Below, piece by piece: positions 52,966 to 59,898 of a DNA stretch of 64,000 bases. Each line of letters opens with the position of its first letter. The first letter of the stretch is position 1. The notes beneath the pieces were generated by a model, which saw only the letters and a list, made by a program, of their open reading frames with translations, ran no database searches and was not told the DNA's origin. The position numbers and the translations under genes are program-made. The DNA lies in contig CAMDFT010000002.1 of assembly GCA_945897795.1 (NCBI GenBank), forward strand, positions 12,277-76,276. Reading direction: 5' to 3'. Source of the stretch: Limnohabitans sp. Rim8 (GTDB taxonomy: Bacteria; Pseudomonadota; Gammaproteobacteria; Burkholderiales; Burkholderiaceae_C).

Positions 52966-53940
52966 ATGCGTTTTTTTCGTCAACTTTTGTCGCGTGTCTT
53001 GCAGGCCTTGGCCCTGGTGCTGGCCGTAGTGGTGCTCAACTTCATTTTGGTGCACGCTGCACCGGGCGACCCGGTTGAAACCATTGCCGGGGTCAGTGGC
53101 GGCATGAGCCCGGAGCTGATGGCGCAATTGCGTGCGCAATATGGGTTGGACGAGCCGCTGTATGTACAACTTGCCGTTTACATGGGCAAAGTGCTTAGCG
53201 GTGATTTGGGGTACTCGTATTTTTTCAACCTCCCGGTGGCCTCGTTGATTGGTGAGCGGGTACCTGCCACCTTGTTGCTGGTGTTGGGGGCCGTGCTGTC
53301 AGCCTTTGTGATGGGCACGACGCTGGGGGTGCTGTCGGCGCGCAAACCCAACGGCGTTTTGTCGCAGTTCATCACGGTGCTGAGCATGGTCGGCTTTGCC
53401 GCACCTGTATTCTGGATGGGCATCATGCTGGTAATTTTGTTTGCCTCGGTGTTTCCCATTTTGCCGGTGGCTGGCATGCGCTCCATTGATTCCAGCGGTG
53501 GCGGCATTGCCGATGTGCTGGATGTTTTGCACCATTTGGTGTTGCCTACATTCACGCTGGGGCTGGTTTATCTGGCGCAATACAGCCGCTTGTCGCGCGC
53601 GGCCATGCTCGATGTGCTGGGGGCAGATTTCATTCGCACCGCGCGCGCGAAAGGTCTGGCAGACCGGGTGGTGCTTTACAAACATGCGCTGCGCAATGCG
53701 TTGCTGCCTGTGGTGACTGTGCTGGGCCTGCAATTTGGAAACGTGATGGCGGGAGCCATTTTGGTGGAGACAGTTTTTAACTGGCCCGGTCTTGGTCGAC
53801 TGGCGTTTGAATCCGTGTTGCGACGCGACTATCCGACCATCCTGGGTGTGCTGTTGTTTGCGTCGGTAGTGGTGGTGGTGATGAATCAGGTCACCGACAT
53901 GGTCTATCGCCTGATTGACCCCCGCATTAACGCGCAATAG
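52966..53940 (+). CDS. DppB-like ABC permease
   Basis: APGDP, GDLGYS, FIRTARAKGL..KHALRN, ETVFNWPGLG, DPRI. Confidence 0.94.
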   Translation: MRFFRQLLSRVLQALALVLAVVVLNFILVHAAPGDPVETIAGVSGGMSPELMAQLRAQYGLDEPLYVQLAVYMGKVLSGDLGYSYFFNLPVASLIGERVPATLLLVLGAVLSAFVMGTTLGVLSARKPNGVLSQFITVLSMVGFAAPVFWMGIMLVILFASVFPILPVAGMRSIDSSGGGIADVLDVLHHLVLPTFTLGLVYLAQYSRLSRAAMLDVLGADFIRTARAKGLADRVVLYKHALRNALLPVVTVLGLQFGNVMAGAILVETVFNWPGLGRLAFESVLRRDYPTILGVLLFASVVVVVMNQVTDMVYRLIDPRINAQ

Positions 53941-53964
53941 AAAATTGACCGCTGTGAACCGCCC

Positions 53965-54837
53965 ATGACTCAAATTGCCAATGCTGCCGCCAAAGTGGAA
54001 CACCCAACGGTAGAAGCCCTGCGTATGTTTGTGCGCAACCCGGCGGCCAATGCTGGCATGGCCATCCTTTTGCTGGTGATGCTGGTGTCCATCGTTGGGC
54101 CGCTGGTTTATGGGGCCGACCCGTTTGAGATTCGTGCAGCGCCCCTGACGGCACCTTTCACTGAAGAAGCCTGGCTTGGCACCGACTATTTGGGGCGGGA
54201 TGTTTTGACGACGCTGATTTACGGCGGTCGCGCCACGTTGCTGGTGGGCGCAGTGGCGGCGCTGCTGTCGGTCAGCATCGGCATCACGTTGGGTGCCATG
54301 GCAGGGTATTACGGCGGCAGGGTTGATGCGATTTTGATGCGCGTCACCGAGTTCTTTCAGGTGTTGCCAGCCTTGCTGTTTGCAATGGTGGTGGTGTCGT
54401 TGTTTGGGGCGAAGCTCACCATCGTCACGCTGGCGATTGGCCTCGTCAGTTGGACCGGCACTGCACGCCTGACCCGCGCTGAATTCATGAAGTACCGCGA
54501 CCTGGAATTTGTGCGGGCCGAGCGAGCCATAGGGGCTGGCAACGCGCGCATTATTTGGCGGGTCATTTTGCCGAATGCGCTGCCACCTTTGATCGTGTCG
54601 GGCACGTTGGCCATTGGTGCGGCCATCCTGTTTGAAGCGGGCTTGTCTTTTTTGGGTCTGGGTGACCCCAATCAAATGAGTTGGGGTTTGATGATTGGGT
54701 CGAGCCGACAATACATTTTGTCGTGCTGGTGGGCCGTGGCTTTTCCGGGGGCGGCCATTTTTGTGACGGTGCTGGCTGTCAGCCTGATTGGTGACGGGCT
54801 GAACGATGCGTTGAACCCCAAGTTGCGGGAGCGCTGA
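53965..54837 (+). CDS. DppC-like ABC permease
   Basis: LGTDYLGRD, AGYYGG, EAGLSFLGLG, GDGLNDALNP. Confidence 0.94.
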   Translation: MTQIANAAAKVEHPTVEALRMFVRNPAANAGMAILLLVMLVSIVGPLVYGADPFEIRAAPLTAPFTEEAWLGTDYLGRDVLTTLIYGGRATLLVGAVAALLSVSIGITLGAMAGYYGGRVDAILMRVTEFFQVLPALLFAMVVVSLFGAKLTIVTLAIGLVSWTGTARLTRAEFMKYRDLEFVRAERAIGAGNARIIWRVILPNALPPLIVSGTLAIGAAILFEAGLSFLGLGDPNQMSWGLMIGSSRQYILSCWWAVAFPGAAIFVTVLAVSLIGDGLNDALNPKLRER

Positions 54838-55931
54838 TGATGACAACGATGCCGGCCTTCACGATTCAAACCGTGCCTCAACCTCTGCTTAAGGTGCAAG
54901 ACCTGCGGGTTGAGTTCAGCAGTCGGCGTGGCAACGCGATGGTGCTCAATGGGGTGGAGTTTGAGATTCGTGCCAATGAAACACTGTGCCTTGTGGGTGA
55001 ATCAGGGTGTGGCAAAAGTATGACGGCGCTGGCGCTGTTGCGGCTCATCCCGTCGCCACCGGGGCGCATTAGCGGCGGGCAAATTTTGTTTCAAGGCGCT
55101 GACCTGGCTAACGCTTCCGAGGCGCACATGTGCGATGTGCGTGGCAACCGCATCTCCATGATTTTTCAGGAGCCTATGACCTCGCTGAACCCGGTGCTCA
55201 CGGTTGGCGACCAGATTGGCGAGTCACTGCGTCTGCATGGTGGGCTGGACGCGACCGCCGCGCGCAACGCTGCGGTGGATCTGCTGAAACAGGTGGGTAT
55301 TCCGGCGCCCGAGCGCCGTGTGGATGAGTACCCGCATCAGCTCTCGGGCGGTATGCGCCAGCGCGTCATGATCGCCATGGCGCTGGCGTGCCGCCCCGAT
55401 ATCCTGATTGCCGATGAGCCCACTACCGCGCTTGACGTGACTGTGCAGGCTCAGATTTTCGATTTGTTGCGTGACCTGCAGCGCGACAAGGGCACGGCGA
55501 TTTTGCTGATCACGCATGACATGGGGGCGGTGGCCGAAATGGCTGACCGGGTGTTGGTGATGTACGGCGGGCGTGTGATTGAGCAGGGCACCACGGCCCA
55601 GGTGCTGGAACACCCTAGCCACCCCTATACGCGCGGCCTGATCGATTGCCTGCCCAAGCTGGGTAGCAGCTTGAATGCTCAGCGCGATGACCTGACGGAA
55701 ATCGCGGGCGTGGTGCCATCGATTTGGGAACTCGGTGCAGGTTGCGCCTTTCGCGAAAGGTGCCCTCAAGCAATGGCGCGTTGTGCCGTTGAGGTGCCGC
55801 CACTGTTTGCGGTAAACGACACTGACCACGCACCCGATGTGCCAGACCCCGGGTATCGACATGGAGCGGCCTGCTGGCTGCGGGCTGATGAAACCGGGGC
55901 ATCAAGTGCTGCAGGCGAGGGTCGGCCATGA
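54837..55931 (+). CDS. DppD-like ABC ATP-binding protein
   Basis: [29 protein letters not shown]-terminal Cys cluster. Confidence 0.94.
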   Translation: MMTTMPAFTIQTVPQPLLKVQDLRVEFSSRRGNAMVLNGVEFEIRANETLCLVGESGCGKSMTALALLRLIPSPPGRISGGQILFQGADLANASEAHMCDVRGNRISMIFQEPMTSLNPVLTVGDQIGESLRLHGGLDATAARNAAVDLLKQVGIPAPERRVDEYPHQLSGGMRQRVMIAMALACRPDILIADEPTTALDVTVQAQIFDLLRDLQRDKGTAILLITHDMGAVAEMADRVLVMYGGRVIEQGTTAQVLEHPSHPYTRGLIDCLPKLGSSLNAQRDDLTEIAGVVPSIWELGAGCAFRERCPQAMARCAVEVPPLFAVNDTDHAPDVPDPGYRHGAACWLRADETGASSAAGEGRP

Positions 55932-56959
55932 CAGGCTCCGACAACCTGTTGTCGGTTCGCGACCTTAAGGTGCATTTTCCACGTGCCAAGTATGGCTGGC
56001 TGGCTAAGCCTGAGGTGGTGCAGGCGGTCGATGGGGTGTCGTTTGACATCCGCCGTGGCACCACGCTGGCAATCGTGGGGGAGTCGGGTTCGGGCAAAAC
56101 CACGACGGCTTTGGCTGTGATGCGTTTGGCACCGATCACGGGCGGGCATATTCAACTGGGCTCGGTCGACTTGACGGCGCTGTCGGGCGAGGCCCTTCGC
56201 CGCGAGCGTCGGCGTTTACAAATTATTTTTCAGGACCCGTTTTCTTCCTTAAACCCACGCGAACGTGCTGGGGCTACGGTGCGAGCGCCGCTTGACCTGA
56301 TGAACGTTGGCACGCCGCTTGAGCGGCCGCAGCGGGTTGCTGAGTTGTTTAAGGCAGTGGGCCTGCGGCCCGAACAACAGCATTTGTTTCCACACCAGTT
56401 TTCTGGTGGACAACGCCAGCGTATCAATATTGCGCGGGCACTGGCAACCAACCCGGAACTGGTGGTGTGTGACGAGCCCGTGTCGGCACTGGACATTGCG
56501 ATTCGGGCTCAAATTCTGAATTTGTTGGCGCGGCTGCAGCGTGAACTGGGCTTGACCTACCTGTTTATTTCGCACGACATGGCGGTGGTGGAACACATCT
56601 GCGACGAAATTGCGGTGATGTACTTGGGCCAAATTGTGGAGCGCGCGCCACGCAAGGATTTCTTTGCCAACCCGTTGCACCCCTATAGCGTGGCCTTGAT
56701 GTCGGCGGTGCCCACGGTGCAGGGTGGGCGGCGGCGCGCCACGCAACGCATCAAGCTGACGGGCGACCCGCCCAGCCCCATCAATCCCCCGGTGGGTTGC
56801 CGCTTTGCGGGGCGCTGCCCGGTGGCTGAAGTGGCTTGCACAGTGGCGCTGCCTCCGTTGGTGGAGGTCACCACCGGGCATTGGGTGCGCTGCAGGCGCG
56901 TCGAGGTGGCAGGTGGCAATTTTGCAAGAGGCCCGCTCCCACTGCCGCAAGCAACCTGA
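55928..56959 (+). CDS. DppF-like ABC ATP-binding protein
   Basis: GESGSGKTT, FSGGQRQR, DEPVSALD, PSPINPPVGCRF. Confidence 0.94.
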   Translation: MTGSDNLLSVRDLKVHFPRAKYGWLAKPEVVQAVDGVSFDIRRGTTLAIVGESGSGKTTTALAVMRLAPITGGHIQLGSVDLTALSGEALRRERRRLQIIFQDPFSSLNPRERAGATVRAPLDLMNVGTPLERPQRVAELFKAVGLRPEQQHLFPHQFSGGQRQRINIARALATNPELVVCDEPVSALDIAIRAQILNLLARLQRELGLTYLFISHDMAVVEHICDEIAVMYLGQIVERAPRKDFFANPLHPYSVALMSAVPTVQGGRRRATQRIKLTGDPPSPINPPVGCRFAGRCPVAEVACTVALPPLVEVTTGHWVRCRRVEVAGGNFARGPLPLPQAT

Positions 56960-56969
56960 ACGGCTCAAA

Positions 56970-57098
56970 ATGACTCCGCAGGCCACCCATGTCGCGGTGC
57001 GGGATGGCCGCGTGATGGGCAGTGGTGTGTTGCCAAAGTTGGCGGCTTGGGGCGACTACACACTGGACGAGAGGCTCAAAAACAAGGTGCTGATGCCC
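56970..57098 (+). pseudogene. Truncated N-terminal fragment of an amidohydrolase_3 gene
   Basis: PQATHVAVRDGRVMGSG..LAAWGDYTLDERLKNKVLMP parallels PTATAVGVIDDRIVAVG..MAPW..DERLKDMVLMP of 45402-47411; breaks just before the GF.D.H.H motif. Confidence 0.75.
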
Positions 57099-57243
57099 GC
57101 TGCCGGGCGATCATGGCCACCGCACCCGGCAGTCGGCCGCTGTTCACTTCGCGGCGCAGCTCGTCCATCAGGCGCTGGGTGCGTTTGGGGCACAGGCCCA
57201 CATCGGTGGGTTGGGCGTGGGGCAAGGCTTTGTGCGCAGTCAT
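57076..57243 (-). pseudogene. Truncated 5' copy of the serine hydrolase at 42441-43613
   Basis: MTAHKALPHAQPTDVGLCPKRTQRLMDELRREVNSGRLPGAVAMIAR, 35/41 aa identical over the aligned core; similarity ends at ~57102, stop follows 8 codons later. Confidence 0.88.
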
Positions 57244-57347
57244 CGGAGCTCCGGTAGAAGGGTGTTTTGCACACCAGCCTTGTGCGATGGGGTATCACCT
57301 GCGGCGCAGCGGTCGCTTTGGCTTGTCGCCCATGCGTCAACGGCCAT

Positions 57348-57378
57348 AACCCTCGCGCTGTGCGAGCGTTGCTAGACT
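57348..57378 (+). promoter_or_regulatory. MerR-type dyad operator and -10 box
   Basis: AACCCTCGC-GCTGT-GCGAGCGTT dyad followed by TAGACT, 6 nt before the merR ATG. Confidence 0.55.
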
Positions 57379-57384
57379 GAATCC

Positions 57385-57744
57385 ATGCGCATTTCAGAAC
57401 TCTCTGCCAAGACCCAGGTGTCGGTGCACCGCTTGCGGCGGTACGAGGCCGACGGCCTCATTGAAAGCCAGCGACTGCCCAATGGCTACCGCGAGTACCA
57501 CGAGAAAACCTTGAAGCATGTCATCTTCATCGCCATGTCTCGGGAGATGGGTTTCTCACTGCCCTTGATTGCCGAGTATTTGCCGCGCTTCAAAGCGGGC
57601 AAGTTGTCTGTGCAAGACATGATCGACGCGATCCTGGCGCGTGTGGCCGAGATTGACCAACTCATGAACGAGCAACAAGCACTTCGCCAAAAACTGATGG
57701 ACCACATCGGGTGGTTCAAAACCCAAACCAGGAGAAAACCATGA
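57385..57744 (+). CDS. MerR family transcriptional regulator
   Basis: MRISELS..VSVHRLRRYEADGLI..R..NGYREY, GFSL. Confidence 0.92.
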   Translation: MRISELSAKTQVSVHRLRRYEADGLIESQRLPNGYREYHEKTLKHVIFIAMSREMGFSLPLIAEYLPRFKAGKLSVQDMIDAILARVAEIDQLMNEQQALRQKLMDHIGWFKTQTRRKP

Positions 57745-58148
57745 GCCCATTGGAGATGCTGAAAAAAATCAACGCCATGGCCGAGTTCAACCGCTGGTGC
57801 GGCATCGAGGTGACGGTGGCCGAACCCGGTTTTGTGGAAATCCAGATGCCCTGGCGCCCGGAAGTCGGCCAGTATTCGGGGTTCTTGCACGCGGGTTTGA
57901 TTGGGACGCTCATCGACACCGCTTGCGGCTTTGCAGCCGGTACCGTGGCGGGGCCGAATTTGCTGGCCGCGAACTTCTCAGTCAACTGCTTGCGACCTGC
58001 TGTGGGTCAAAAGTTCATTGCCCGAGCGCGCGTGATCAAACCCGGCAAAGCACAGGTGTTCACCAGTTGCGATTTATTTGCGGTGGATGCCGAGGGCGAG
58101 AAGTTGGTGGCGAACGGACAGACTTTACTCACGGTGATCGCAGCCTGA
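57741..58148 (+). CDS. PaaI family hotdog-fold thioesterase
   Basis: GFLHAGLIGTLIDTACG, VNCLRPA; ATG overlaps the merR stop. Confidence 0.9.
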   Translation: MSPLEMLKKINAMAEFNRWCGIEVTVAEPGFVEIQMPWRPEVGQYSGFLHAGLIGTLIDTACGFAAGTVAGPNLLAANFSVNCLRPAVGQKFIARARVIKPGKAQVFTSCDLFAVDAEGEKLVANGQTLLTVIAA

Positions 58149-58212
58149 CAAATGCAGCGCGGCCAATGCCCTTGAGCGACCATTGCCGTCAAGAGGCTGG
58201 AAAAGCTACAAT

Positions 58213-58236
58213 ACTTGTCCAATATATTGAACAAGT
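58213..58236. promoter_or_regulatory. Toxin-antitoxin autoregulatory operator palindrome
   Basis: ACTTGTCCAATATATTGAACAAGT near-perfect dyad 7 nt upstream of yefM; TGTACA-like half-sites. Confidence 0.7.
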
Positions 58237-58243
58237 CACCATC

Positions 58244-58498
58244 ATGCGAATCATCAGTTACTCAGAGGCCCGCAACGGTTTGAAGACTGTTCTGGACGGC
58301 GTAGAAAACGATGCCGACATCACCATCATCACCCGCCGCGATGGCGGTGATGCGGTGGTCATGTCCATGGCCCATTACCAAAGCATGGCCGAAACCCTGT
58401 ACCTACTTTCAAGCCCCGCCAACGCAGCCCACCTGGCTGCCTCCATTGCCGAGCACAAAGCCGGCAAAGCCAAACGACGTGAACTGATCACCCCATGA
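58244..58498 (+). CDS. yefM: Type II antitoxin YefM/Phd family
   Basis: MRIISYSEARNGLK, IITRR, ETLYLLSSPANA.HL..SI; 84 aa. Confidence 0.93.
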   Translation: MRIISYSEARNGLKTVLDGVENDADITIITRRDGGDAVVMSMAHYQSMAETLYLLSSPANAAHLAASIAEHKAGKAKRRELITP

Positions 58499-58758
58499 GC
58501 CGAGGGATTGCCTTCACCTCGCATGCTTGGGGTGATTACCTGTACTGGCAAGGACAGGACAAAAAGACACTCAAACGAATCAACCTGTTGATCGATGCCG
58601 CCAGGCGCGACCCCTTTGAAGGTATCGGTAAACCTGAGCCCTTGCTGGGCAATCTGTCAGGCTATTGGTCACGTCGCATCGACGACGTGCATCGACTGGT
58701 TTATGCCGTGGACGATGTGGAGCTGACCGTGATTGCCTGTCGGGGGCATTACCAATAA
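58495..58758 (+). CDS. yoeB: Type II toxin YoeB/Txe family mRNase
   Basis: DYLYWQ, PFEGIGKPEPL, WSRRID..HRLVY, CRGHY; ATGA overlap with the antitoxin. Confidence 0.95.
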   Translation: MSRGIAFTSHAWGDYLYWQGQDKKTLKRINLLIDAARRDPFEGIGKPEPLLGNLSGYWSRRIDDVHRLVYAVDDVELTVIACRGHYQ

Positions 58759-58763
58759 GCGGC

Positions 58764-59375
58764 TCAAGTTCGCTGCCAAAGCGCCATCCCCCGCTGCGCC
58801 TTGTTCGCATCGCTGGGTACCAGCATCACGGGGCCTTGGGGCGTCTGGCGCAGCACCACGGCCAGCGCCAGCAGGGCTTCATCTGGGCCACTGAGCAATT
58901 CAAGCTCCAGTTCTAGCAGCGGCTCGCTCAGGTCGGTGCCGGGCACATGGATGCGGCCTTGATCGATGGCAACTTCGATGCGCGCGCCATCGTGGGTGAT
59001 GACCCAGCGCTGGCGTTCAAAGTCGGTGCAAAACAAGGCGCGTAAATCGGGGCGAAGGCGCATCAGGTCTTGCGCCAGCGCGGCGTCGTCCACCAGCGCA
59101 TCGAATTGCAGCGCACCCGGTGTGGTCGGGCCTTCCCACTCTTGCCTGCGCGATAAGCCGTTTTGGCTTTGGCCTGCGGTTTTCACGGTCAGCAGCCATT
59201 GATCACCCGCCAGCCGCTCGCGCACCGCCATGCGGCGCTGCTGCAGGGCCAGCTCGGGCGTGTCGAAATAGGTGTTGAGCAGACGCAGCGTGTCACCCGT
59301 TGGCGTCAGCAGGGGGTGGGCCAGCAGGCGCGGCAGATCAGGCGCTGAAAGGCTGAGTTTGAGTTCGGTTTCCAT
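58764..59375 (-). CDS. CYTH domain protein (triphosphate tunnel metalloenzyme)
   Basis: ETELKL (ExExK), YFDTP, TVKT, RQEWE, ELELEL. Confidence 0.92.
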   Translation of the reverse strand: METELKLSLSAPDLPRLLAHPLLTPTGDTLRLLNTYFDTPELALQQRRMAVRERLAGDQWLLTVKTAGQSQNGLSRRQEWEGPTTPGALQFDALVDDAALAQDLMRLRPDLRALFCTDFERQRWVITHDGARIEVAIDQGRIHVPGTDLSEPLLELELELLSGPDEALLALAVVLRQTPQGPVMLVPSDANKAQRGMALWQRT

Positions 59376-59400
59376 GGGCGAATGGCGTGGTCAGGGGGCT

Positions 59401-59426
59401 TGTCGGGGCTGAAGCCGCCGACCTAC
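59401..59426 (-). repeat. Single GTAG-type REP copy, same family as 42350
   Basis: Reverse complement GTAGGTCGGCGGCTTCAGCCCCGACA, 25/26 identical to 42350-42375. Confidence 0.85.
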
Positions 59427-59448
59427 AAGCGGTTTGTGATGCCGACCT

Positions 59449-59835
59449 TCAGGCAAATCGCTTGCGCAAATACGCCACGATCTCGGTCGAGTCTTGCAGC
59501 CACCGGGTTTGGCCATTGGCTTCGGTGATTTGCAGGCAAGGCACTTTGCTGGCCCCGCTGCCTTGCAACAAGGCGTTGCGATTGTCTGTGTGGTGTTGGG
59601 CGTCGCGCTTCTCAATGGGCAGCGACAGGCGGCGCATTTCTTGGCGCACCTTGATGCAAAACGGGCAGGTGCTGAACTGGTACAGCGCCAGGCTTTGGCA
59701 CTGTTGGTCGACTGCGGCTTGTGCGGCAGGTGCGCGTTGCACGCCCGCCGGTTGGGTCAGGCGTTCTTTCAGCAGCATGACGGGACCCAGCACGATGCGC
59801 AGGGTTCTGAAAAAAGTACGGATCACGGTTTTCAT
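59449..59835 (-). CDS. Glutaredoxin / GST N-terminal domain protein
   Basis: LYQFSTCPFC (CPFC), KVPCL; start at MKTVIR. Confidence 0.88.
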   Translation of the reverse strand: MKTVIRTFFRTLRIVLGPVMLLKERLTQPAGVQRAPAAQAAVDQQCQSLALYQFSTCPFCIKVRQEMRRLSLPIEKRDAQHHTDNRNALLQGSGASKVPCLQITEANGQTRWLQDSTEIVAYLRKRFA

Positions 59836-59898
59836 AGTGGCTTGAAATTTCAAAAGTGGGTGGATGAAAAGGTCGAAGTGGGTTGAAGCTCAAGGTCC

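Noticed and set aside
56805-57257. 150-aa ORF as a real gene
   Set aside because: Chimera of the dppF overlap, the amidohydrolase stump and the antisense of the serine hydrolase stump
57797-58498. 233-aa ORF as an extended antitoxin
   Set aside because: The YefM domain starts at ATG 58244 right after its operator; the upstream part overlaps the thioesterase out of frame
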